In this document: positions 28,858 through 37,336 of the stretch, piece after piece
Numbering within the stretch: the first letter of the stretch is position 1
How the letters are laid out: the number at the start of each line of letters is the position of its first letter
Assembly (NCBI GenBank): GCA_964465385.1
Contig: CAYXIM010000002.1
Coordinates: 1-48,284 of the forward strand
Reading direction: 5' to 3'
Length of the DNA stretch: 48,284 nt
Origin: an uncultured Oscillospiraceae bacterium
GTDB lineage: Bacteria > Bacillota > Clostridia > Saccharofermentanales > UBA5734
The notes under the pieces: generated by a model
Database searches by the model: none
What the model was told of the DNA's origin: nothing
What the model saw: only the letters and a program-made list of their open reading frames with translations
Position numbers and translations under genes: made by a program

Positions 28858-30411
28858 TCACCACCCCGCTTCTCGCCAGGCCATCGGCAACTGGTCGATC
28901 AGATCCCGGGGCAGGGCCGACCGCCGATCCCGCTGGTCAGCCGCCAGTTGTCCAGCCAGACCATGTAGCCAGACCGCTGAGGCGGCGGCTTCAAACGGCG
29001 CCAGGTGCTGGGCCATCAGGCCAGCCATCAGGCCGGTCAAGACATCGCCACTGCCACCCCTGGCCAGGCCGTCATGGCCGGTCAGGCTGACCGCCCCGGA
29101 GCCATCGGGCTCAAGCAGGACCGTGCCATGGCCCTTGAGGACCACCACAGCCTGCCAGCGGCGGGCCAGTTGCCAGGCGTCATGGCGGCGGTCTTCGAAG
29201 GTCAGGTCCGGTGCCAGGCGCTTGGCTTCACCTGGATGGGGCGTCAGAACAACCGCTTCGCGGTTCGGCTGTCCGCCTCGCTCCCGCAGCAGGGCTTGGT
29301 AGTGTTTGGGTTGTCGGGCCATGGCATTCAACGCATCTGCATCCACGACCAGCTTGCGGGCCTTGCGTAAGAGCGTTTCTAAAAGCCCATCCAGGCCAGC
29401 CATATCGCCCAGACCTGGGCCAACAGCAACCACATCACTGGCTGCTATCAGGGAGAACAGCGCGTGGTCTGTCAGCTGGTCGCGGTCCTGGATCAGGGCT
29501 TCGGGGCAGGCAACCGCCGCAAGAGACAACAAAGGCTGCGGCACCAGGAGCTGAACCAGGCCGGCTCCGGATCGGGCTGCCGCCTCAGCGGCCAGGACCG
29601 CAGCACCCGGCATGCCCCTGGAACCGGCAATCAGCAGGACGCGCCCCAAAAGGCCCTTGTGGGCATCCGGCGGCCGGGCCGGGCGAAAGCGTGCGATGCG
29701 TGCCCGGGTCAAGAGGTCAAAAGCGGGCTGACCAGCCAGGGCCTGGTCCACCCAGGCCGGGCTGATGCCGATGGGTGCGATGTGCACCGAACCAGCCGCC
29801 AGCCGGCCAGCCCCCGTGCACAAACCCAGCTTGGGGCCAACAAAGGTGACCGTGTGGTCTACAGTAAAAGCCCAGCTGCTTGCGCGGCCGCTGTCTGCGT
29901 CAACGCCGGACGGCACATCAATGGCCACCACCTGGCTGCCCGCCTGGCGGGCCTGCTGGATCCAGCGGCTGATCAAGGCAAGGCGCCCATCTGCCGGCCG
30001 ATCCGGATCAAAACCCGCTCCGAACAAGCCGTCTATGACCAAGCCCTTGCCCAGCTGCTTGAAGGCTTGTTCATCCACGTCAGCCAGCTGCAGACCCAAA
30101 CCCAACAGGGCTTGCCGGTTGGCTGCCGCTTCAGGTGGGCGCGGCCGCTGCGGATCAAACTCGCGGCAGGCCACTGACCAGCCGGCTGCCAGAAAAAGGC
30201 GGGCGCAGGCATAGGCGTCTCCGCCATTTTGTCCCGGTCCGCATAACAGCAGCACGTTTTTCTGATCTGCGTCTGCCCGGGCAAAAAGCGCCAGGCAATG
30301 GTCAACCACGGCTGTCGCCGCCTGTTCCATGAGCAGGAGCAAGGGCAGGCCGGTCCGGTCGACCCAGAACCGGTCGATGGCTTGCTGCTCGTGTGACCCG
30401 ATAACCCGCAC
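28858..30411 (-). CDS. nnr: bifunctional NAD(P)H-hydrate repair enzyme Nnr (epimerase / ADP-dependent dehydratase)
   Basis: YjeF N-terminal motif CGPGQNGGDAYACARL and C-terminal carbohydrate-kinase motif GGSGDVLTG. GTG start with a GGAGGGGG RBS. Confidence 0.9.
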   Translation of the reverse strand: MRVIGSHEQQAIDRFWVDRTGLPLLLLMEQAATAVVDHCLALFARADADQKNVLLLCGPGQNGGDAYACARLFLAAGWSVACREFDPQRPRPPEAAANRQALLGLGLQLADVDEQAFKQLGKGLVIDGLFGAGFDPDRPADGRLALISRWIQQARQAGSQVVAIDVPSGVDADSGRASSWAFTVDHTVTFVGPKLGLCTGAGRLAAGSVHIAPIGISPAWVDQALAGQPAFDLLTRARIARFRPARPPDAHKGLLGRVLLIAGSRGMPGAAVLAAEAAARSGAGLVQLLVPQPLLSLAAVACPEALIQDRDQLTDHALFSLIAASDVVAVGPGLGDMAGLDGLLETLLRKARKLVVDADALNAMARQPKHYQALLRERGGQPNREAVVLTPHPGEAKRLAPDLTFEDRRHDAWQLARRWQAVVVLKGHGTVLLEPDGSGAVSLTGHDGLARGGSGDVLTGLMAGLMAQHLAPFEAAASAVWLHGLAGQLAADQRDRRSALPRDLIDQLPMAWREAGW

Positions 30412-30484
30412 AAAACCCCCTCCGTCCGCTTCTTTTGGTTCTATTGATTATACCATGCAGCCTGTCGTGAGACAGAAAAAAAAC

Positions 30485-31717
30485 CTATAGGTCTGCATTC
30501 GCCAATAGCCAGTCAATTAGGTTCTTGTGGATAATACCATCTGAGTCGCTGGTAAACTCATCTAGTGAAAGAACAAGTTTTTCATGATTGTCCCTTATTT
30601 CTCTTAAAGACCTAAATTCCCTGTCTCTTGTTTCTTTGGATGATAGTAAATATGAAACCTGGATATATTTTTTATCAATTCCTCCTTCCTGCTTCTTTTG
30701 AGCGATAAAATCAACTTCATATTTATTTGTCTTTCCCGCAAAGACCTCATACCCGTTTGAAATCAACTCTAATAAAACTATGTTTTCTAAAACCAGTTCT
30801 ACGTCTTCTTCATTTCTACCAATAACAGCTTGTCTTAGACCATGATCAACCACATAATATTTTTCTTGTGAAGTTAAGAGTCTTTTTCCTTGGATATCGT
30901 ATCGTCTTAGTGGAATTATTGCATATGCCTGCTCTGCGAAATTTAAATAATTAATTATTGTATTGATGGAAACATTCAGACCTTCATTTTTAAAATATTT
31001 TCGAACAGAATTTGCCGAAAATGTTCTTCCAGCATTTCCTAATACATAGGCCATTAACCTACGCAATAGTTCGGGATCTCTAATCCTTTCTCGTTCAACA
31101 ATATCCTTTAAAACAATTGAGTTATACAAATCATTCAAATAGTTTACTCTATCCTGATAGGAAAAATTTTGTAAGGTTACAAAAGGCATTCCTCCATCTA
31201 GGACAAAGTCTTTAAAATAATCCCTACTATGTTTATCAATTCCTATTCTTTTTTTCCCTTCAATATATTTCTTGAACGTGAAGGGGAATATTTCGAATTG
31301 AATATATCTTCCTGCAATAAGAGTTGCTAATTCCCCTGATAATAGCTTGGCGTTAGAACCTGTTATGTAAATGTCAACATTATTGCCATAACTTGCACGA
31401 AGGGAGTTAATTACTTTTTCAAATTCATCCACTTCCTGAATCTCATCTAGAAATATGTATGCTTTCTTGTTTATTTTTTCTATCTTGCTCTCTATATATT
31501 CGTTTAGAAGCAAGTAGTTTTTGTAAGGGTAATATTTTAATTGCTCGAAATTAATGGTTATAAACTGCGACCTATCGATACCTTGTTCAAGCAGATGTTC
31601 TTGGACTAGGTTTAACATTACAGATTTGCCTGATCGCCTAACTCCAGTCAATACTTTAATCAGTTCAGTATCAATGAAGGGGATTATTGAATTTAAATAA
31701 TTTTCTCTAAAAATCAT
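30485..31717 (-). CDS. AAA+ superfamily ATPase, COG1373 type (AAA_14 N-terminal domain plus DUF4143 C-terminal domain)
   Basis: Walker A GVRRSGKS and Walker B AYIFLDEIQ. C-terminal YYVVDHGLRQ and KYEVDFIAQK are typical of DUF4143. GAGGTGAG RBS. Confidence 0.85.
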   Translation of the reverse strand: MIFRENYLNSIIPFIDTELIKVLTGVRRSGKSVMLNLVQEHLLEQGIDRSQFITINFEQLKYYPYKNYLLLNEYIESKIEKINKKAYIFLDEIQEVDEFEKVINSLRASYGNNVDIYITGSNAKLLSGELATLIAGRYIQFEIFPFTFKKYIEGKKRIGIDKHSRDYFKDFVLDGGMPFVTLQNFSYQDRVNYLNDLYNSIVLKDIVERERIRDPELLRRLMAYVLGNAGRTFSANSVRKYFKNEGLNVSINTIINYLNFAEQAYAIIPLRRYDIQGKRLLTSQEKYYVVDHGLRQAVIGRNEEDVELVLENIVLLELISNGYEVFAGKTNKYEVDFIAQKKQEGGIDKKYIQVSYLLSSKETRDREFRSLREIRDNHEKLVLSLDEFTSDSDGIIHKNLIDWLLANADL

Positions 31718-31735
31718 GTTCTCACCTCTGTTTTC

Positions 31736-31764
31736 ATTATGCTGAAAACTGTGCGAATATTCAA
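31736..31764 (-). promoter_or_regulatory. candidate sigma-A promoter of the island ATPase gene
   Basis: Minus strand TTGAAT (31759-31764), 17-nt spacer, CATAAT (31736-31741). Confidence 0.55.
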
Positions 31765-31777
31765 GACTTTCTTTCAG

Positions 31778-31801
31778 TGTAATGAAAACTGTAATGAAAA
31801 C
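31778..31801. repeat. perfect 12-nt tandem direct repeat TGTAATGAAAAC x2
   Basis: Read directly at 31778-31789 and 31790-31801. The TGAAAAC/GTTTTCA core recurs at 31743-31749 and, inverted, at 31730-31736. Confidence 0.85.
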
Positions 31802-31803
31802 AT

Positions 31804-31840
31804 GGAAAAGACCACACCAGAATTTCTCCAGTGTGGTCCT
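31804..31840 (-). terminator. rho-independent terminator of trxA
   Basis: Minus strand GACCACACTGG-agaaatt-CTGGTGTGGTC (11 bp including 2 GU pairs) followed by TTTTCC. Confidence 0.7.
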
Positions 31841-31936
31841 TCTCTTGCTAACCTTTAAAGCTATTAATCTGTTTTCTTTAATCCCTATGTGAAAGCTTCT
31901 AAGGCTTCTTCTTTCACAGACACGCGCTGGTTGAGG

Positions 31937-32254
31937 TCACATGTGTTGATCCAGTTTGGCTGCCAGCTCTTCATAGGGCCGGACCCCGACAATGCGTTCA
32001 ACCACCTGGCCTTTTTTAAGGATGTAAAGGGTTGGAATGCTCATGATCCGGAACTGCTGGGCCAGCTCCATTTCTTCATCCACATTGACCTTGGCGATGA
32101 CGGCCCGGTCCCGGTAGTCTTCTGCCAGTTTGTTGATGGTCGGTGCAACCATGCGACAAGGACCGCACCAGGCAGCCCAAAAATCGATCAGTACTGGTTT
32201 TTCTTCCTGCATGACATGCTCGTCAAAATTATCTGCTTGAATGGTTAAGGGCAT
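31937..32254 (-). CDS. trxA: thioredoxin
   Basis: WAAWCGPCRM active site. GGAGG RBS before the ATG at 32254 (internal Met of ORF 31937..32299). Confidence 0.95.
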   Translation of the reverse strand: MPLTIQADNFDEHVMQEEKPVLIDFWAAWCGPCRMVAPTINKLAEDYRDRAVIAKVNVDEEMELAQQFRIMSIPTLYILKKGQVVERIVGVRPYEELAAKLDQHM

Positions 32255-32347
32255 AAGGCAACCTCCACTGCTGGATCTTTCGATCGGTACTTTCCCCAAT
32301 ATAGGCGATGCGGCCCACTGGCTCAGTAACTTGAGTTACCGCCGCTA

Positions 32348-33277
32348 TCAGCCGCCATCGGGCAAAGCCGACAGGTCGTAGGGGGTTTCCTGGTAGACAT
32401 AGTAGTTGAGCCAGTTGGCAAAAAGCAGGTAGGCAGAACTGCGCCAGCGAACCAGTGGTGGCTTGGCGGGATCTTCATCCTGGAAGTAGTGAACCGGCGG
32501 CTGGATGGGCAGGCCCCGCTCCAGGTCTCGCTCGTATTCATACTTCAGCGTCAGCGGGTCATATTCAGAATGCCCCGTCAAAAAAATCTGGCGGCCGGTC
32601 ATATCTGATACGGCATAGACGCCGGATACTTCCGACTCAGACAAAATGCGCAGGTCGCTGATTGGCTCGATGTCCTGGCGCCGGACTTCTGTGTGCCGGG
32701 AATGGGGCACATAAAAAAGGTCATCGAAGCCGCGGAAGAGGCGCACCGGCTGCGTCCAGGTGCTCCGGTGCTTGAAGACCCCAAACATTTTCTCAGCCAG
32801 GGGGTATTTGGGCACACCATAATGGTGGTAAAGGCCGGCTTGTGCCCCCCAGCAAATGTGCAGGGTGGAATAAACGTGGGTCCGGCTCCAGTCCATGATC
32901 TGCGCCAATTCCGGCCAGTAGGCGACCGATTCAAAGGGCATGTGCTCAACCGGTGCACCGGTGATAATCATCCCATCGTAGCGCCGCTCCTGGATGGTGT
33001 CGAAGGTTTCGTAAAACTTGGTCAGGTGGTCGGTTGACGTGGTTTTGGGGCTGTAGGAAGCCGTGTACATCAGGTCAACATCCAGCTGCAGGGGCGTGTT
33101 GCCCAGCAGGCGCAACAACTGTGTTTCCGTGACAATTTTATTGGGCATCAGGTTGAGGATCAGGATATGCAAGGGCCGGATGTCCTGGCTGAATGCCCGT
33201 TCTTCAGGCATGACAAAGACATTTTCCTGCTCCAGAATGCCGGCTGCCGGCAAATGATTTGGTATTTTGATCGGCAT
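32348..33277 (-). CDS. metA: homoserine O-acyltransferase, MetA family
   Basis: [23 protein letters not shown]...[15 protein letters not shown]...ICWGAQAG is MetA. Confidence 0.93.
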   Translation of the reverse strand: MPIKIPNHLPAAGILEQENVFVMPEERAFSQDIRPLHILILNLMPNKIVTETQLLRLLGNTPLQLDVDLMYTASYSPKTTSTDHLTKFYETFDTIQERRYDGMIITGAPVEHMPFESVAYWPELAQIMDWSRTHVYSTLHICWGAQAGLYHHYGVPKYPLAEKMFGVFKHRSTWTQPVRLFRGFDDLFYVPHSRHTEVRRQDIEPISDLRILSESEVSGVYAVSDMTGRQIFLTGHSEYDPLTLKYEYERDLERGLPIQPPVHYFQDEDPAKPPLVRWRSSAYLLFANWLNYYVYQETPYDLSALPDGG

Positions 33278-33376
33278 CTTAATCCCCCGTTCCATGGTCA
33301 GGGCCGCCTGCCGGCGTCCCCTGTGTTGATCCAGTATCCGCACACTGGGGGCTCTTGTCAAGCGATCCGTGCCAGC

Positions 33377-34369
33377 TTAAACAAACTCCTGAAGGATCGA
33401 ATCCGCTGGGATCAAAGACCGGTCTGCCCGTGGCAGGCGATCACAGGCGGCCAAAAGCGCCTCGGCCTCGGCCAGGGCTGCTTCAACATCGGCAAAGGCC
33501 TGCTGGCCTGACAAGTAGACGGATTGAACGTGCTTGCTTTGGCGGTACTGGTCCAGGGATTCACGGATCCGGTCTGCGGCCAGCGGCGGGATGATGCCAA
33601 ATTCATAAGGCAGGCAGGAGTTGACATACTGGTCTGCCCGGGCCAGGTAGGCCGGAAAGAGCCGTTGCTCGGTCCGGTCGATCATGGGCCAATAGTCGAT
33701 GGTCGACAGGGCCGTTGCCCCCCGGTGGATGACATCGCGTGAAATGCGCCTGAGCATGCGCAGGTCCCGGCTGCCCAGCAGCTGGCGGCCATCCAGGAAG
33801 GTGCACCAGGGCATGATGAAGACGCCGAATACTTCCTCGGCCGGCAAATGGCCGAAAATAGCCTCTGAGAGGCCATGCAGGCCCTCAATGATCAGGATAT
33901 CCTGCTCGCCCAGGGTCACCCGTTTGGCGGCTTCAAACACCCGTTGGCGCCGGGCAAAGTCAAAGGTGGGCAAGGAGACGGTCTCACCCTCAAACAGGCG
34001 CATGAGGTCTTCAACCAGGGCCTGGGTGTCCAGCATATCCAGGGCTTCAAAGTCAGGTCGCCCCGCCTCATCGTAAACCAGGGGGCTGGTCTGGTAGTAA
34101 TCGTCCAAAGACAGAACCCGCGCCGGTCGGCCAACCAGGGTCAAGGCCTGGGCCAGGCGGTGGGAAAACGACGTTTTCCCTGATGAGGTCGGGCCTGATA
34201 CAAAGACAGAATGAACCGAGGGGCGCTCAAGGAGCCGGTCAACGGTTTTTGTCACCTGCCTGGAAAAGCCCTCTTCACAGCGGGCGACAAAGGCTGGGAA
34301 TTTACGCACGCCCAGCTGGTCTTCCAGTTGCCCCAGGCTGATCCGCATCATGTGTGTCAGCAATGCCAT
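33377..34369 (-). CDS. P-loop nucleoside/uridine kinase family protein
   Basis: Walker A VSGPTSSGKTSF followed by LSLDDYY and IIEGLHGL, as in Udk/PRK-family kinases. TGGAGG RBS before the ATG at 34369. Confidence 0.7.
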   Translation of the reverse strand: MALLTHMMRISLGQLEDQLGVRKFPAFVARCEEGFSRQVTKTVDRLLERPSVHSVFVSGPTSSGKTSFSHRLAQALTLVGRPARVLSLDDYYQTSPLVYDEAGRPDFEALDMLDTQALVEDLMRLFEGETVSLPTFDFARRQRVFEAAKRVTLGEQDILIIEGLHGLSEAIFGHLPAEEVFGVFIMPWCTFLDGRQLLGSRDLRMLRRISRDVIHRGATALSTIDYWPMIDRTEQRLFPAYLARADQYVNSCLPYEFGIIPPLAADRIRESLDQYRQSKHVQSVYLSGQQAFADVEAALAEAEALLAACDRLPRADRSLIPADSILQEFV

Positions 34370-34393
34370 AAGAACCTCCATCTGATAGGCCCC

Positions 34394-34422
34394 ATTCTAA
34401 CAGAGACCACAAACCCTGACAA
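34394..34422 (-). promoter_or_regulatory. candidate sigma-A promoter for the kinase-metA-trxA string
   Basis: Minus strand TTGTCA (34417-34422), 17-nt spacer, TAGAAT (34394-34399). Confidence 0.6.
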
Positions 34423-34445
34423 TGACAGGCCTTGGCCCCTGCCTG

Positions 34446-34454
34446 TGGTATAAT
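34446..34454 (+). promoter_or_regulatory. extended -10 promoter element for tag
   Basis: TGGTATAAT at 34446-34454, 38 nt upstream of the GTG start. No good -35 element. Confidence 0.5.
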
Positions 34455-34491
34455 ATCAGACAAGCAAGCGCCATCAGGGAGGTGAACCATT

Positions 34492-35154
34492 GTGCCGCAA
34501 GCCACCAGACACGTGTGTCCCTGGGCGCTTTCTGATCCCCTTTCTCTGGCTTACCACGACAAGCAATGGGGCATTCCCCTGCACGATGACCTGGCCTTGT
34601 TTGCACTTTTGACCCTGGAAACCTTCCAGGCTGGTTTAAGCTGGCGTTTGGTGCTGGCCAAAGAGGCGGCCCTGCGCCAGGCCCTGGATGGCCTGGATCC
34701 CCGGCGGCTGGCCGGCTGGGACAAGGACCGGGTCGAACAGTGCCTCAGGGAACCTGGCATCATCCGCAACCGGCAAAAAATCCAGGCAGCTGTCAAAAAC
34801 GCCCGTGCCTTTCTGACCATCCAGGAAACCCACCCCTCTTTCAACCACTATGTGTGGCAGTGGGTTGACGGGGTGCCCCGGGTGCATTTTTTCAAAACGC
34901 CCCAGGAGGTGCCGGCCCTGACCCCCCTGTCCACGGCCTTGGGCGCTGACCTGAAAAGGCGCGGTTTTTCTTTTGTGGGGCCCCGGGTCGCCTATGCCTT
35001 CATGCAGGCAGCCGGCCTGGTTTGTGACCATTTGGTTTGTTGTGACCGCCATCCCTTGTGGCACACGGAGCATGCACACCGCTTAAAAGAAAGGAAGGAC
35101 AGCGATGAGAACCCAGATCTGGGCCCATCGAGGGGCCAGCCAGACCCAGGCTGA
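34492..35154 (+). CDS. tag: DNA-3-methyladenine glycosylase I
   Basis: CPWALSDPLSLAYHDKQWGIPLHDD...FQAGLSWRLVL...GIIRNRQKIQAAVKNARAF...MQAAGLVCDH aligns with E. coli Tag as I recall it. GTG start with a GGGAGGTG RBS. Confidence 0.9.
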   Translation: MPQATRHVCPWALSDPLSLAYHDKQWGIPLHDDLALFALLTLETFQAGLSWRLVLAKEAALRQALDGLDPRRLAGWDKDRVEQCLREPGIIRNRQKIQAAVKNARAFLTIQETHPSFNHYVWQWVDGVPRVHFFKTPQEVPALTPLSTALGADLKRRGFSFVGPRVAYAFMQAAGLVCDHLVCCDRHPLWHTEHAHRLKERKDSDENPDLGPSRGQPDPG

Positions 35155-35854
35155 AAACACCCTGGCCGCTTTTGAAGAAGCCATCCGCCAGGGTGCGGAC
35201 GGCATTGAACTGGATGTCCAGATGACCGCAGACAAGGTGGTCGTGGTCATCCATGATGAATCAACCGAGCGTGTTTCAGGGGTTCCCGGCGACGTCAGCC
35301 GCATGACCCTTCAAGCGCTTCAAGCCTTGGACGTTGGCCAGGTCCTGCCACAAGGCGGCTGCCAGCGTGTACCCACCCTGGAAGAAGTCTTTGACCTGAT
35401 CCGGCCCACCCAGCTGACCTTGAACGTGGAGCTCAAAAACACCACCCACCCCTACCCGGGCCTGGAAGAAGCGGTTCTGTCTTTAGCTGACAAGCACCAG
35501 ATGACTGATCGGCTGATCGTGTCGTCTTTCAACCACGTCAGCCTGCACCTGGCTGCCCACCTGATCCATGAAAGGAAGGCGGCCGCCTCTTGCGGCATCC
35601 TTTACCTGTGCGGCCTCTACCAGCCCTGGGCCTACGCCCGCCAGGTGGGCGCCTCGGCCATTCACCCCTATTTCCCCAACTTGCGGATGCCCGGCTTGGT
35701 CGAGGCCTGTCACCAGGCTGGCGTCCGTGTCCACGCCTGGACCCTTGATCAGCCCGATCACCTGCTTCAAGCCTTCCAGCTGGGCGTCGATGCCGTCATC
35801 ACCAACCAGCCGGACCGGGCTGTCCAGCTGCGCCAGGAGGAACGCACCCCATGA
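35105..35854 (+). CDS. glycerophosphodiester phosphodiesterase
   Basis: IWAHRGAS...ENTLAAFEEAIRQGADGIELDVQMTADKVVVVIHDES is the GDPD signature. AAAGGAAGGA RBS. Confidence 0.9.
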   Translation: MRTQIWAHRGASQTQAENTLAAFEEAIRQGADGIELDVQMTADKVVVVIHDESTERVSGVPGDVSRMTLQALQALDVGQVLPQGGCQRVPTLEEVFDLIRPTQLTLNVELKNTTHPYPGLEEAVLSLADKHQMTDRLIVSSFNHVSLHLAAHLIHERKAAASCGILYLCGLYQPWAYARQVGASAIHPYFPNLRMPGLVEACHQAGVRVHAWTLDQPDHLLQAFQLGVDAVITNQPDRAVQLRQEERTP

Positions 35855-37131
35855 AAAAACTCAACTACCCCAAGACCTTTCTCATCGGCTTTGGTTTTTT
35901 CGCCAGCTCACTGGCCTGGAGCCTCTACAACAGTTTCGTGCCCGTCCTGCTCAAAGAACGCTACCTGGAAAGCACCGCCCTGATCGGTTTCATCATGACC
36001 ATCGACAACATTTTCGGCGTCATTTTTCAACCCCTGGTCGGCCAGATCAGCGATCGCACACACACCCGGATTGGCAAACGCATGCCTTACATCCTGGTTG
36101 GCATCCCGGTTTGTGCCCTGGCCTTCTTTTTCATCCCCCGAACCGGCAGCCTTTTTACCATGATGGGTGTCATCATTCTCTTTAACTTTGTCATGTCCAT
36201 CTGGCGTTCTCCGGTCGTGTCCCTGATGCCGGACCTGACCCCTTCCATCCACCGCAGCAAAGCCAACGGCATCATCAACCTTATGGGGGGCGTTGGCGGC
36301 ATCATCGCTTTTCTGGCCGGTGGCTACCTGGCCAACGTCGGTGGTGACAATGCGCCTTTTCTCATGGGTTCCCTGGTCATGCTGGTGGCCGTGGTCATCT
36401 TGTTCTTGTTCGTCAAAGAGCCGGACAGCCGCCGCCTGTCCCGTGCCCTGGATGCCCGGCAAGCCCTGGCGGCGGGATCTGGCAAGCCGGTAAAAGAAAA
36501 GAAGGTCTCCGTTCAAGAGACCTTGCAGGCCCTGGACCGGCCCCAAAAACGCAGTTTGGTCGCCTTGCTCCTGGCCATCTTTTTCTGGTTTTGCGGCTAC
36601 AATGCCGTTGAAGCCTTTTTCACCCTCTATGCCACTGAACACCTGCTGGTCAGTAAAGGCGATGCCGCCATGATGTTGTCTCTCTTTTCCATCGCGCTGG
36701 TTGTTTTCGCCCTGCCTTCCGGTATCCTGGCAGGCCGTTTGGGCCGAAAACGCATGATCCTGATCGGCCTGGTCGGCCTGATTTCGGTCTTCATCCCCAT
36801 GTTCTTTGTCGAACACCTGCTGGTCTTGAAGCTCCTGCTCTTTGCCGGGGGCTTGTTTTGGGCCTGCGTCAACATCAACTCCCTGCCCATGGTGGTCGAA
36901 CTGGCTTCCGATAAGCACATCGGCAGTTTTACCGGCTACTACTATTTCTTTTCGTTCAGCGCGGCCATTTTGAGCCCCATCCTTTTTGGCTGGATCCGTG
37001 ACCTGACAGACCGTTACGCCACCTTGTTTTTATATGCCATCGTCTCTTTTGCCCTGGCTCTGGTTGCCATGACCTTGGTGCGCCATGGTGAAGCCAAACC
37101 GCAACCCCCGGTTCCCGAACCAGGCAGCTGA
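35851..37131 (+). CDS. MFS transporter (12 TM), substrate unknown
   Basis: Hydrophobicity pattern and the MFS loop motif GQISDRTHTRIGKRMP. Start overlaps the glpQ-like stop. Confidence 0.85.
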   Translation: MKKLNYPKTFLIGFGFFASSLAWSLYNSFVPVLLKERYLESTALIGFIMTIDNIFGVIFQPLVGQISDRTHTRIGKRMPYILVGIPVCALAFFFIPRTGSLFTMMGVIILFNFVMSIWRSPVVSLMPDLTPSIHRSKANGIINLMGGVGGIIAFLAGGYLANVGGDNAPFLMGSLVMLVAVVILFLFVKEPDSRRLSRALDARQALAAGSGKPVKEKKVSVQETLQALDRPQKRSLVALLLAIFFWFCGYNAVEAFFTLYATEHLLVSKGDAAMMLSLFSIALVVFALPSGILAGRLGRKRMILIGLVGLISVFIPMFFVEHLLVLKLLLFAGGLFWACVNINSLPMVVELASDKHIGSFTGYYYFFSFSAAILSPILFGWIRDLTDRYATLFLYAIVSFALALVAMTLVRHGEAKPQPPVPEPGS

Positions 37132-37157
37132 ACCCAAAACTTGGTTGATGGCATAAA

Positions 37158-37194
37158 AAAACAATTCCGGGGCACCATTCCCGGAATTGTTTTC
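37158..37194 (+). terminator. rho-independent terminator after the MFS gene
   Basis: ACAATTCCGGG (37161-37171) pairs with CCCGGAATTGT (37180-37190), then a T-run. A-run upstream, so it may act in both directions. Confidence 0.85.
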
Positions 37195-37336
37195 AATTGG
37201 AGGAGAAAAGTATGAAAGAAGGAGGTTAGCAATTCTTTTCCTGCTCTGGCTCTATCATAGCAGATGACTTTGACCGTTTCGAAACAGAAATATGAATAAA
37301 TGTGAACAAGTCAAGAACAAAAAACAAAGAGCCGGA

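Larger units (their letters stand above)
30476..31812. other. AT-rich single-gene island (putative horizontally acquired insert) between the nnr promoter and the trxA terminator
   Basis: Abrupt change by eye from GC-rich flanks to strongly AT-rich sequence and A/T-ending codons. No ORFs on the other five frames. Confidence 0.75.

Noticed and set aside
31778-31801. The tandem 12-mer repeat, considered as a possible degenerate CRISPR or IS end.
   Set aside because: There are only two abutting copies with no spacers, no cas genes, and no matching inverted copy at the other end of the island (30476-30500).
30476-31812. The AT-rich island, considered as an IS element or integrative element.
   Set aside because: No transposase or integrase, no terminal inverted repeats, no flanking direct repeats and no adjacent tRNA. 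It is kept as a compositional island only.
37195-37336. Relatively AT-rich spacer with GGAGGAG followed by a 5-codon mini-ORF (ATG AAA GAA GGA GGT TAG, 37212-37229) and the 10-bp palindrome GTTTCGAAAC (37276-37285).
   Set aside because: No downstream gene on that strand for a leader peptide to regulate, and no convincing promoter or structure. Most likely it is non-functional spacer between convergent transcription units or a relic of a lost gene.
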